Assembly (NCBI GenBank): GCA_038087875.1
Contig: CM075989.1
Coordinates: 10,170,001 to 10,234,000 of the forward strand
Length of the DNA: 64,000 nt
Direction of reading: 5' to 3'
Origin: Malacoraja senta
Taxonomy: Eukaryota
The notes beneath the pieces were generated by a model. That model worked only from the letters and a program-made list of their open reading frames with translations, did not search any database and was not told the DNA's origin. Every line of letters begins with the position of its first letter. Positions within the stretch are counted from its first letter, which is position 1. Shown here in pieces: positions 1 to 11,610 of the stretch. The position numbers and the translations under genes were made by a program.

Positions 1-232
1 CTGTCTTTATGGAGTTTGTACGTTCTCCCTGTGACCAAATGGGTTTTCTCCGGGTGCTCCAGTTTCCTCCCACACTCCAAAGATGTACAGGTTTGTTGGT
101 TAATTGGCAGCTAAAATTGTAAATTGCCCCCAGAGTTAGTGTAAGGAGTGATTACTGGTCGGTGTGGACTCGGTGGGCCGAAGGGCCTGGATTTGCACAG
201 TATCTCTAAAGTCTAAAAGTCTAAAGTCTTAA
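1..232 (+). mobile_element. HE1-type V-SINE (tRNA-derived), 5' part outside window
   Basis: GGAGTTTGTACGTTCTCCC..GGGTTTTCTCCGGGTGCTCC..CCCACACTCCAAAGA core, GGGCCGAAGGGCCTG LINE-derived end, (TCTAAAG)n tail; matches fuller copies at 10808 and 17043. Confidence 0.85.
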
Positions 233-1782
233 GAATGTGAACACGCTGGTCGATCAAATCCATATTTCCTCCATCCCCCATCCATCAATCCCCACCTCAG
301 GGCCCCTGTTCCTATGTTTGTTTTCAGAGAAAATTCACCACACAAGCCATTCGGCCCATCAAAGCTGTGCTGCCCGAGAAACAGAAAATGCTGAAAACAT
401 TGAGCAGATCAGACTCCAGCTGTGGAGAGAGAAACAGGGTTAATGTTCAAGATCACAGAAGCATTGGAAGGTTTAGTCAACAGTGGGAGCTTGCTGTGTG
501 TATGAAATCAAGATCAACTCCCTCTGAGAAACTTTGATGGAATGAGTTATGTGTGGTTCCATGAGGCGCACTAGAAAATTGTGGCCAACGAAAAACTTAC
601 CTCACTGGCAACTGTATTCAATGCGAGAAAAGAATTGTTTTGCTTTTGATGTAAGATTCTTAATCTGAAAACTGGCATTTCTATTATTATTGAAATTGCC
701 TGTCTGTCTCGGGAAAGAAGGTTTATTGAGGTTTTAATATGTCAGAGTCCAAAGCTGCACAAAGTTTAAAAGCAATTTTTTGCAGTTATGTGTTGTAATT
801 GTTATAGTCCTGTAATTGAATCGTTTTGCATGACTAACCAAGGAGACCACATTTTATAATATAGAACTGGTTCAGGCTCTCCAGAATGTACAATAGAGAG
901 AGAGCAACAAGTCAGCCTAAACATTAAAGGCTTTCTACATGAGTAACATGATTGAGTGACCAAAATAATTCTGCTTCAAAATGTAAAGGTGGGCCGTGGA
1001 GAAAAATCAGCTCAGCTGGATCCTGTCAGAGCAGTGATCCTTCCTATAATGGCTTCCACTTGCATTCACTTCTGCCTATTGGGGTTCACCTTAGTCCAGA
1101 ACCCTGGCTGATATTTCTGAGGGAGTGTGGCACTGAGCAAGGGGATATAGAGCTTCCCCCCTTTCCCTCAACTCCTCCCCCTGACCCTCGCTGTGATCAT
1201 TAAGGAGCCTGTGTAAGTAGAGTATCGGTGTGTTCAAGAAGCTCTTCCAAGATTGCCACATATGTGAGAGCCGGTGTCACATCCCCAGCAACCCAGGTTC
1301 GACCCTGTCCTTCGATGCTGTGGTTTGGAGTTTGCGTACTCTTCCCATTACCAGTTTTCTCTGGTTTCCCCCCACATCCCAAATAAATGCAAGATGCAAG
1401 AATATTTGACCACTGTACATTGCCCCGAGTGTCTAAGTGAGTAGGGGAACCTGGGGGGAGTTGATGGGGACAATACAACATGGAGAGTGTAAATGGGTGG
1501 TTGATGGTCAGAAAAACCTAATGGACTACGGGGCCTGTTTCCATGCTCAATTTTCCAATAATTCTATGACTGGACTTGATCCCTGCACTCTCCCCTGATC
1601 TGTAGTGCCTACTCTCAGATGTTGGAATGAATGCAGATAAACACATGATACCAGTTCAAAGAAGGTCAGCAGAGTTCTTCCTGCTATCCTGAACAATTAA
1701 TTGCTCAATCAACATAATTAATAGCTATTATTGGATCATTTCTGTTTTAGTGGAAAGTGCTTTGCGTAAATTAGCTACATTT

Positions 1783-2120
1783 CATAGAGTGGATGTGGAG
1801 AGGATGTTTCCACTAGTGGGAGAGTTTAGGACTGGAGCGCATAGCCTCAGAATTAAAGGACATTCTTTTAGGAAGGAGATTAGGAGAAATTTCTTTAGTC
1901 AGAGGGTGGTGAATCTGTGGAATTCTGAAGGCTGTGGAGACCACGTCTGTGGATATTTTTAAGGCCGAGATAGATAGATTATTGATTAGTACAGGTGTCA
2001 CAGGTTATGGGGAGAAGGCAGGAGAATGGGGTTAAGAGGGAGAGATGGATCAGCCATGATTGAATGGCGGAGTAGACCTGATGGGCTGAATGGCCTAATT
2101 CTACTTCTATCACTTATAAG
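1783..2120 (+). mobile_element. CR1/HER1 LINE 3' fragment
   Basis: Translates to RMFPLVGEFRTGAHSLRIKGHSFRKEIRRNFFSQRVVNLWNS (CR1 ORF2 C-terminus), followed by 3' UTR; sits inside a degenerate Deu-SINE (~1665-2180). Confidence 0.85.
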
Positions 2121-3344
2121 TTAAGTGTGGCTGCTGTTGCAATAACAACTGCATCATGAAAATCTGTAGAATGTCCCCAGTATAATGTATCTGGATGACA
2201 CCAGAAATGGGAGGCTGCACAAGCAGGCTGCGACTCAAACTTTATTAGAGCAGAATATCCCACAAGAGAGCATTTAAAAAGAATTGACACCAGGCCACTT
2301 GAGATAAGATCAAAAGCGTGGATAACGTTTTTTGAGGGAGTTGAAGGAGGAAGAAAGGTGGCGGATGGAAAGGTTTAAGGAGGGAATTGCAGAGTTTAGA
2401 GCCCAGACAGCTGACAGCACAGCCACCAACACAGCCACGTCGCCAAAACATGCGAGTGCATCATTTACTTCACCAGTGTAAATTGCATCTGGTCAGACGA
2501 TAACTGGTAGAATCTGGGGAATGTTCATCGGCATGTGGAGTGAATAAAGTGACTGAGGGTAGTGTTCCTGTAAAAATAGGTGTATTGCACGAAATTTCGT
2601 TCAGACTGAAAAGTCTGAATGACAATAAAGGATTCTTGATACTTGACTTGACTTGATACTTGATCAGCGTGGAATTGATGGGCTGAATGGCCTGTTTCTG
2701 AGCTGTTTTTCTCTCTCTCCCTCTGTAACTCTAGGATCTGATGCGAGGTTTGCCAGATTCAGGTGAACAGAGGCTCCTGTGCACCGTCAGCAGTGACCTG
2801 ATTCTGTGCAGTAAATACTTTGTAATACAAATACTAGAACGGCCATTTGCTGCTGGACATTATTTGCTCACTGTTCTTCCATGCTCGCTCTTGCTTAAAG
2901 GGACAATGGTGTTGCTTTCCTGCTTGTTTAAAAATTTTCCCTGGCAGTAGTTGAACCCCTTGAGAATTTGCGGCCACTCCAACGTCGTAACCACCATCAG
3001 TTGTGATGTCCCCTCCAGTTAAAGACAGAAAGAACCTCAGAATAATGAGGCCTTCACTAGCCTCCAGAACCCAGAGGGTGAACTGGAGACTTAATGCAAA
3101 GAAAGCTTGATTGGGGTTGTATTTGTTTATAACATAATTCAGAATCATAAACTATGGCTCCCCTTCATAATAATCGAATGCTGTAACTGGACTTCAGCTT
3201 GTGAAATCATTTTCATCTGGCTCCACTTATCTCACTTTCATTTATTTATTGAAACACTTTGATTAAACACACACGTGCCTCCTCCATTAATGTCTTACAA
3301 TTCTAATACAGGGATAAAAGTGCTTCGTTTAGTGTAAAAGCCAA

Positions 3345-3580
3345 CAGCAAAGTGGTGGAGGGACTCATTGGGTGAGGCAGCATCTGCGGAGGGAATGGGC
3401 AGATGATGTTTTGGGCAGGGACCCTTCTTTCGGTTAAGGATTGACGGAGAAAGCTGGAAAAGAGAGGTAGGTGTGGGACAAGTGATAGATGGATACGGGT
3501 GCGGAGAGGGAGGGTGGTCGGGAGATGAGTGAAGTGAGTGACAAAAGGCTAGTGGTGAAAAGGAGATAAAACAATGTCAG
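3345..3580 (-). mobile_element. Penelope-like element terminal/3' fragment
   Basis: GTGGTGGAGGGACTCA..GGCAGCATCTG..ACCCTTCTT followed by purine-rich body like 52950-53330. Confidence 0.6.
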
Positions 3581-3957
3581 AGCTCACCAGCATTTGTGGG
3601 CAAGGTCTGAAATCTCCGGTCCTGTTGGGGAAAGACATTGGCAGTTCTGAGGAAATTAAGGTGTTTCTCACCTGAGAACTTTCCAAATTTACCGTCAGTT
3701 CTTAGAAGTGCTTTATTAAGGGAAGTTACTCCTGCAGTACTTTCTGTGTTTGGAGTGGTGGTGGGGGGGGGGGGGGATTGACTGATAAATGGGTCACCAA
3801 TCCACGGGGAATGGGAGAGCCTCTGCCCCAACTCTGTACGTTGTTCTGACTTTGCTCTTTGCTCCACAGATCTGTTCAGAGTGGGATGGAAGCTGCCGGG
3901 ACTCCTTGTGCTGGAGCCAAGAGAGGGGAGGATCTGAGTCTGCCGTGATTGCCCAGG

Positions 3958-4392
3958 TGCTATTGAGGGAGTGCAGCGTAGGTTTACAAGGTTAATTCCT
4001 GGGATGGCGGGACTGTCATATGCTGAGAGAATGGAGCAGCTGGGCTTGTGCACTCTGGAGTTTAGAAGGATGTTGGGGGAGTCCAGAACCAGGGGCCACA
4101 GTTTAAGAATAAGGAGTAAGCCATTTAGAACGGAGATGAGGAAACACTTTTTCTCACAGAGAGTGGTGAGTCTGTGGATTTCTCTGCCTCAGAGGACGGT
4201 GGAGGCATGTTCTCTGGATGCTTTCAAGAGAGAGCTAGATATGGCTCTTAAAAATAGCAGAGTCAGGGGATATGGGGAGAAGGCAGGAATGGGGTACTGA
4301 TTGGGGATGATCAGCCATGATCACATTGAATGGCAGTGCTGGCTCGAAGGGCCAAATGGCCTACTCCTGCACCTATTGTCTATTATCTATTG
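3958..4392 (+). mobile_element. CR1/HER1 LINE 3' fragment
   Basis: ORF 3971-4300 QRRFTRLIPGM..FFSQRVVSLWISLP..GYGEKAGMGY, then 3' UTR GGCTCGAAGGGCCAAATGGCCTACTCCTGCACCTAT. Confidence 0.9.
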
Positions 4393-4677
4393 TGATAAAT
4401 TAAGAAGAATGTGGCTTGGATCAGAAATACCTGTAAGGCATGAAGAATGGAAGTGGATTCGATGGATCATCAGCATAGGTGTCTGCCTCTCAGCCTCACA
4501 CTCATGCCCCTTAATCCACAGCTCCACACACTCCAATTGGATCTTCAACTAAACCATGAACAATGTGTTGGGGCATTGCCAGTATCATAGCACGGATAAG
4601 CCTAGACATGCCTGTACCATTGGGTATGGGTGTTATCATATTGATTTGTGGCCTTTTTCAATGCACAAATAGACCGT

Positions 4678-5378
4678 CACAATCACAATCATAATAATAC
4701 TTTATTAGCCAAGTATGTTTTGCAACGTACGAGGAATTTCATTTGCCAAGTCAGTTATATAAATAAAAAGCAACGGAACACACAAAACACATTTTAACAT
4801 AAACATCCACCACAGTGACTCCTCCACATTCCTCACTGTGATGGAAGGTGAAAAACAGTTCAAATCTCTCCCTTCATTGTTCTCCCGCGGTCGGGGGACT
4901 CGAGCCCTCCGTTGATGGGACGATCTTGACTCCTGTAGCCGGCGGTCGGGCCCTCCACATCGGGGCAGTCAGCTCCTGCATCGGGGGGATGTCAGCTCCC
5001 CGTGCCGGCGATCGGACCCCGGGTCGGGGCTGGTCGAACCTCAGCGTCGTTGGAACTCCCAACATTCACGGTCTCTCACGAATGATGGTAAAGTCCGCAG
5101 GCCGCGGTTGGAGCGATCCCAGGCAAGGTCAGTCCGAGGAGGCCCCCAGCTCCATCGATGGCAGGCCGCAGAGCTACCGGAGATGCGATCCGGTAAATAA
5201 TCGCATCTCCGGAAAGGTAAAAAAAAGTTTCCCCCGACCCCCACCCCCTTCCCCCACATAAAACAAGCCGGAGAACATTTACACAAACTTTTAACACACA
5301 AACATAAATTTTTTATAAAACACGAAAAAACAGACAGACTGTTGGCGGGGCTGCCAATCGTGCGGGGCCCGCTCATAA
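4678..5378 (-). mobile_element. Non-autonomous GC-rich retroposon with Rex/Babar-type 3' tail
   Basis: AATAAA plus short-repeat tail (reverse complement), CCATCACAGTGA..TCACTGTG hairpin at 4806-4845, GC-rich body, T-rich/G-run 5' segment shared with 46482-47249. Confidence 0.7.
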
Positions 5379-5912
5379 TAACAATGTTTACTCTTGAATT
5401 CAAAAGGACACAAAGTGCGGGGGTAACTCAGCTGGTCAGGCAGCGTGTCTGGAGAACATGGATAGGTGACATTTTGGGTCAAGACGTATCTTCAGACTCT
5501 GGAACTACTTGAGGTTGTAAAAATAACTGCAAAATGCACATTCTTTCTCGTTATAATCACCGACTGCAGATGACCCTGTTTTACCCTTGCTTGTAAATTG
5601 CTTGCGTGCCATGCAGTTCGTGAAATGCTTTGCCCCTCCAGCTATAGACTTGAAGAGTTAAATGCAGATTCCTAATTGCTTAAATTCCTCTTGCGAAGCA
5701 TGAAAACAGAAGAGAAACTTTTGCAGGTCGCATATCTTGTTTGTAGTCCAAACCTATTTTGGTTTCTCAGTTTTGCGCCTGCCATTTGGTGTCTGCTCTG
5801 GGCTGCACATTTGCACCTCATGTTGCAAAGCAGTGTTTCCCTGTGTTGTTAAAGAGATAAACAAGCTCAGCTAAAATGAACCGGGGCAGTGGAATTTGGT
5901 GGTAGGATCTTA

Positions 5913-6220
5913 AGCCCCTGTCCCACTGTACGAGGTAATTCACGAGTTCTCCCGAGTTTCCCCTGATTCGAACTCGGAGAATTACGGTAATAGCCGTTCG
6001 TAGGTACTCGGGGACTCTCGTGGACACTCTCTGCACTGTTGAAAAAACGTCACGAGCTTACCACATTTCCAGAGTACCTGCCGTTAGCGTTACGAGCCAC
6101 TAAGAGACGTCCCAAGCTCCGACGTACCTGCTACGTACATTCTACGTACCTACCACGAGTTTGATTTTTTTTTAAACTCGGGAGAGCTCTTGGGTAAACT
6201 CATATAGTGGGACAGGCCCT
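5913..6220. mobile_element. PIF/Harbinger-like MITE
   Basis: TIRs AGCCCCTGTCCCACT / AGTGGGACAGGCCCT, TTA on both sides; same subfamily as 24874-25175. Confidence 0.8.
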
Positions 6221-6589
6221 TTAGGAGGAACATCACTTTGTACGGTGCATGGTGGATTACAGTGAGATGAAGTTACCTGTCCATTAAAACTGAAAAATTG
6301 CTATAAAATGACATCTAAAATTACAGAGATTTCCATTGGCAACTTTTGCAGCTTGTACACTGGACCGGTGGAACGAATGTGTGAGCTCACAGCAAACAAG
6401 CAATTTATTCAGGAACAAAAGTAATATACAGAAACTACAGTAACCTCTCCCAATCCCTGACGGATATTTTACCCGGGAATTCAGGAAGGACAATCGCACC
6501 CAAATTCAATCTCATCCATTTAACCTGAGACATGAGGACGGACCGGCAAATGCTGGAGTCAAGAGGAGGTGCGGAATAGTGGGAGAAAT

Positions 6590-6712
6590 GGGTGGGGGCA
6601 TAGGAAAAAACGAGGGGGAAAGAGAGGTGCTACTTAAAATTGTAGAATTCAATGTTCATACCGTTGAGTAGCAAGCTCCCCAAGTGGAATATGAGGTTTT
6701 GTTCCACTAGTT
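6590..6712 (-). mobile_element. Penelope-like element, GIY-YIG ORF C-terminal fragment
   Basis: Reverse complement reads LVEQNLIFHLGSLLLNGMNIEFYNFK*, resembling the PLE end motif EQHLIFRLGSLxPxGMNIEF. Confidence 0.7.
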
Positions 6713-6752
6713 AAAACTGAGAGTGGAATCCCCTGATCACATCCATTCTGTC

Positions 6753-7032
6753 TTTAGTGTAGTTTAGTTTAGAGATACAGCAAGGAAACAGGCCCTTCGT
6801 CCCGTCGAGTCCACCCCAACCAGCGATGCCCACACACTAGCACTATCCTACACACTAGGGATAATTTTACAATTTTTACCAACGCCAATTACGCTAAAAG
6901 CCTTTCTGTCTTTGGTGTTTGGGAGGGAATCAGAGCACCCGGAGAAAACCCATGCGGTCACGGGAAGAATGTACAAACTCCGTACAGACAGCACCCGTGG
7001 TCAAGCTCAAACCTGGGTCTCTGGCGTTGTAA
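6753..7032 (-). mobile_element. HE1-type V-SINE, 3' part (head lies at 8974-9008)
   Basis: Reverse-complement SINE ends at ..CTGGCGTTGTAA and resumes as GACAGCAACTCTACTGCTATGCCACCGTGTCGCCC after the 7033-8968 insertion. Confidence 0.85.
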
Positions 7033-7739
7033 CAGGGGGCCGCGGAGCGTTTTTGAAAGTGGGGGGGCTGAGCGATCACTGATCACTGGCCTTGCGAGGA
7101 AGTGGAGCGACCCAGTGGGGGGGGAGGGTGTGGGAAGGGGGCGCCCCCCTCCCACGGTAGGGACATTTTGAAATTTGATGTATTAAAATCATGTTTTAGT
7201 GCATTGTAGAAGTATGATTTCGATGTTTTTTGTTTGAAGTATTTGTAAGATAATTTAGGGTCTACATGGCAGGAGCAGGTTATTATTATTTTTGTTATTG
7301 CTCGACCTCCAAAAATTGGGGGATAATAATACAGGCCATCCCCACCTCAAAAAGTGGGGGGATATTTCCCCATCCCCCCCCCCCCCCCCCGGATCGACAC
7401 CTGTGCCTTCTACTGTACAGAAAATGTGACAAAACAACTTTTAAATGTGTTATAATTTCAAGTGCTATTTTATTTTGTTTGTAGTTGGAACAAGGGACAA
7501 GAAATAATCATAACATTTCCTGATTTTGCAAAGTCATTCAAATTAGATTTTGCTCGGGGAAAAAATCAGAGTATTATGAAAGTATGCGTTCTCCATTTCA
7601 CGTATATTATATTTTGATTAGAATTTAGAATCATCAAACCATGACATTAATAAAGGGGGTATATCTTTGTAAAAACATTACTTTTTTTAAAGTAAGTTTT
7701 GAGAAATCTAAAATGCATTAGAAATATACATTTCAATGC

Positions 7740-8052
7740 ACTGAGTCTCTTGCCCTGAGTAGGTGAATCGAGGACCAGAGGACACATTTAAAGTGAAGGG
7801 GAAAAGATTTCATAGGAATCTGAGGGGTAACTTTTTCCACACAAAGGGTGGTGGGTGTATGGAACAAGCTGCCAGAGGAGGTAGTTGAGGTAGGGACTAT
7901 CCCAACATTTAAGAAACATTTAGACTGATTCATCGATAGGACAGGTTTGGAGGGATATGGACCAAAAGCAGGTAGTGTAGCTAGGACATGTTGGTGGATG
8001 TGGGCAAGTTGGGCTGAAGGGCCTGTTTACACACTGTATCACTCTATGACTA
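7740..8052 (+). mobile_element. CR1/HER1 LINE 3' fragment nested in the hAT-like element
   Basis: GAGGACCAGAGGACA..TTTTTCCACACAAAGGGTGGTGGGTGTATGGAACAAGCTGCCAGAG..GGGCTGAAGGGCCTGTTT. Confidence 0.8.
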
Positions 8053-8121
8053 CATTATACCTCCACCATGCATGAATGCTTCAAAATCAAGTGGTCGAGT
8101 TTTATTGCCATGTACTCAAGC

Positions 8122-8456
8122 ATAGAAACATCGAAAATAGGTGCAGTAATAGGCCATTCGGCCCTTCGAGCCAGCACTGCCATTCAATATGATTCATCTA
8201 AAATCAGTACCCCTTTCCTGTTTTTTTCCCATATATATCTTGATTTCGCTAGCCCCAAGAGATAAATGTAACTCTGTATTGAAAACATCCAGTGAATTGG
8301 CCTCCACTGCCTTCTGTGGCAGAGAATTCCACAGATTCACAACTCTCTGGGTGAAGAAAGTTTGTCCTCATCTCAGTCCTAAATGGCCTACCCCTTATTC
8401 TTAAACTGTGACCCCTGGTTCTGGACTCCCCCAACATTGGGAACATTTTTCCTGCA
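8122..8456 (-). mobile_element. CR1/HER1 LINE 3' fragment nested in the hAT-like element
   Basis: Reverse complement translates to AGKMFPMLGESRTRGHSLRIRGRPFRTEMR; CATAGAAACAT tail. Confidence 0.85.
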
Positions 8457-8561
8457 GTTACAGTAAGTGAAAATCTAGCAGGCAAGTAGGATGCTTTCTC
8501 CAACCACCCCCATTTGAAGGCCACTATCTTTCACCACTTCTACCCAGTGCTTGGTACCTAC

Positions 8562-8717
8562 TTCCAGTAGCCACTGGTTGTCCTCCAGGATGCACCAAGC
8601 CGCAGCCTGGTCCATGTCGGTCACCAGGGCGAATTTGGCGCCGAGACACTCAAGGCAGCGGCGCAACGCTTCCGACGCCTTCGACGGCCCGGGACTCTTG
8701 CATTGAGGCTGCTCCAT
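8562..8717 (-). pseudogene. TDP2: Captured first coding exon of a TDP2-like gene (N-terminal UBA-like domain)
   Basis: GCCATGG Kozak; 52 codons ending LGAKFALVTDMDQAAAWCILEDNQWLLE versus human TDP2 LCVEFASVASCDAAVAQCFLAENDWEME (from memory); followed by donor GAA|GTAGGT; GC-rich leader to ~8900; no further exons seen. Confidence 0.65.
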
Positions 8718-10807
8718 GGCCGGAGCTGCAGCGAGTCACTCGCCAGCCCGGCAAACACTCGCCAGCCCCGGCTCCCCGTCCACATCTGACCCCGCCGCTG
8801 CTTCTGCTTCCATCCCTCCCTCCCTCCGCCCCGGCTCTCCAACACCCACGACCAGGTTGCTCAGAGCACAGCAGCGCCTCGTCCAAAGCCGGAGACATTG
8901 AAACGTGTCTAGCCAAAAACGTGGGGGGGGGGGGGGGGGCTGCAGCCCCCCCGGTTCCGCAGGCCATGTTTAAGACAGCAACTCTACTGCTATGCCACCG
9001 TGTCGCCCTTGGCATGAAGTTTTCTCTTTCTATAGTTATCTCTAAAATAGGAACTTAAGAGAAAGGAGCAGGGTCAGGCCATCAGTTCCGTGAGCCTACT
9101 CCAACAATCAGAAAGTTCACGGTCACTTCAACACCATTTTCCTGCCCATTCCCCATATCCTTTGATTTCTCTAGTGTCCTCCGACATTGAGTATATATTT
9201 TATAAGACATTTGGTATCGTGAAAATAATTAACAATAATGAAAATTATGAAACTGATGGATCGCCTTAAGGAGCGATCAGATCCTTCAGGAATGGAAATC
9301 TATTGCCCTTCCCCAATCTTGTCTGTGTAAATCCAGACCCACAATATTGTGGAGACATAAGAAACACACGTGCTGAAACCTAGAATGAAAATCAAACTGT
9401 TGGAGGAACTCGGTGGGTCTGGCAGCCTCAAGTACCAACCCGAAATATCGTCTGTCCCTCCCTCCATAGATGCTGGCTCTTAGCTCCTCCAGTGGTCTGC
9501 TTTCTTTTCCGTAGTAACAAGGCTCTGAAATAGCCCACCCGACATCAGAGTGGGTGCACATTTATTTTCAATGTCAATAAGAAACAGGGTTCGCCACCAT
9601 CAGAGTAATTTATGCGTAATGAATGCCAGCATTTCCAGCAATACTCGGACCCCACGGGCAAAGAGGGCGAGGCAGAGGGAATGGTAACCCACATGCCAAT
9701 GTGTAACACCTTGAAAATCACCCCAGCATCTTTTATTTTTTAACCATAACCCAGCGTGGTAACGATACCCAGTAGAGCCCTGTGACTCAATGAATCGTAC
9801 TTACCTCAGGAGCAACACTTTGCAGCGCTGCAGAGTCCCGCGAAAGGTAATATAATCACTTACACAAAACCCACATTAGACGTAAGCCTGGCTTCCATCC
9901 ACGTGCACAGCCAAAGCTCGTTATATTTAAGCTGATTGCCCTGAATGCTTTTAAAAGCCACTGTTTGCTTTTTATTTCTTCTCATGTCTGACCCCCTGTG
10001 AACTTTGAAAGGCCCATAAAGGGTTGCTAGTGGGATCCAGGCTGCAGTAACTACATTTTTCAGTTGGCAGAACTGTAAGTCCCTTTGCTGGATACTTCTT
10101 TCTTCTTAATAACACATAATGAAGCACAGCAGTTAAAACTTATAATGTCTAGTCACTAACAAGGCATTGTTTAAACTCTGCAAGTGCTGTTTCATATCAT
10201 AAAAGGGTATCCTAGCAACCTTGATTTAGGCTTCATTTTTTTTAAAGGCCTGTTGATCCAGGAGAGTAATTGCCCAAGACAATGTAGCTTGAATATGGAA
10301 ATGAAAGGCTTACATATTGCTAGAGCACATTTCCTGAGCTCAAGTTGTGTCAAAGTAGCTTGCAACTAATTTTAGAAGTGTAGCCACTGTTGTAATTAGG
10401 AAACGTGTAATTAAGTCATACACAGCAAGCTTCTCCAAACAGTAATATGATACGAGCAGATAAACAGATCTTAATGTAATATTTACCACATTGATTGTGG
10501 ACAAATGAAACTTACAGATGCCGGAATTGGAAACAAAAACAGAATTGCTGGAAGATCCTAGCCCGTGAAACAGCATCTGTGGAAAGAGAAATCAATCAAT
10601 GTTTTAGGTCAATGACTCTTCCCCCACTTCAAGTTCATAAGACATAGAATTAGGCCATTCAGCCCTTCAAGTCTGCTCCGCTATTCGATCATGGCTGATC
10701 TTTTATTTCCCTCTCAACCCCAATCTCCTGCCTTCACCCTGTAACCTTTATTATCAAGAATCTAGCAATCTCCGCTCTGAAAATACCCAATGACTTGGCC
10801 TCTACAG

Positions 10808-11119
10808 GACGGCATGGTGGCGCAGCAGTAGAGTTTCTGGCTTACAGCAGCAGAGACCCGGGTTCGATCCCAACTACGGGTGCCGTCCTTATGGAATTTG
10901 TACGTTCTCCCCATAACCGCGTGTGTTTTCTCCGAGATCTTCGGTTTCCTCCCACACTCCAAAGACGTACAGGTATGTAGGTTAATTGGCTTAGCATATG
11001 TGTAAAAGAATTGTCCCTAGTATGTGTAGGATAGTGTTAATGTGCGGGGATCGCTGGTCGGTGTGGACCCGGTGGGCCGAAGGGCCTGTTCCCGAGCTGT
11101 AACCTTAAACTAAATTAAA
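10808..11119 (+). mobile_element. HE1-type V-SINE, full length
   Basis: Pol III A box TGGCGCAGCAG, B box GGTTCGATCC, V-domain, GGGCCGAAGGGCCTG end, TAAAC tail; ACAG duplication at flanks. Confidence 0.9.
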
Positions 11120-11194
11120 CACAGTTGTCTGTGGCAATGAATTCCACAGATTCACCACCCTCTGGCTAAAGAAATTCCTCATTTCCATTCTAAG

Positions 11195-11610
11195 TTGGGC
11201 TTATAGGACTTGATATTACAATCTCTACTATAATTGGCACCTTCTTACTATCTTGAGTGGGGGTAGGGGTAAAAACCTCATTGGGGTCATCAGGTGGGCA
11301 CCCTCCTTCCTTGGTGTTTCGTTGATAGGCCTATGACACCTCCAGAGGGCTCAACAGTAACACCTGGCGTCCCAGGTGCGCTCCCCTCCGTTTTACCCCT
11401 CTTGCTGGTCATTTTGCAGCCCAATTGGAGTCCTTCCTCTTCAGCCACAGCCAGTTACTGCTTCGCTCGGCAGCCTCTGACAGCGACCTGACGGCTTGCC
11501 GGAAGGCCTGTCCTCGAACTTCCATTCCCTTCAGGAGTCTGGTTGTTGACATGGCTACAAACCCTCTACAACCAACCTCTACAGGGAGCACCTGAGCACG
11601 CCAGCCACGT
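11195..11610 (-). mobile_element. RLE-clade (Hero-like) non-LTR retrotransposon 3' end
   Basis: ORF 11409-11591 plus upstream codons read GWRAQVLPVEVGCRGFVAMSTTRLLK..SEAAERSSNWLWLKR; TAAG duplicated at both flanks. Confidence 0.75.

Larger units (their letters stand above)
7033..8968. mobile_element. Non-autonomous hAT-like DNA transposon with captured cargo (Pack-type)
   Basis: Imperfect TIRs CAGGGGGCCGCGGA / TCCGCAGGCCATG with subterminal G-runs; 5-bp flanks TGTAA/TTTAA; interrupts a SINE exactly at these ends. Confidence 0.7.

Noticed and set aside
4848..5403. GC-rich ORFs of 60-147 aa in this and related copies (46598-47053, 54665-55054)
   Set aside because: Stop-poor GC-rich retroposon bodies; frames are not conserved between copies.
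10808..10880. tRNA-like sequence with A and B boxes (also at 17043, 21288, 58888)
   Set aside because: These are SINE heads continuous with the V-domain and LINE-derived tail, not tRNA genes.
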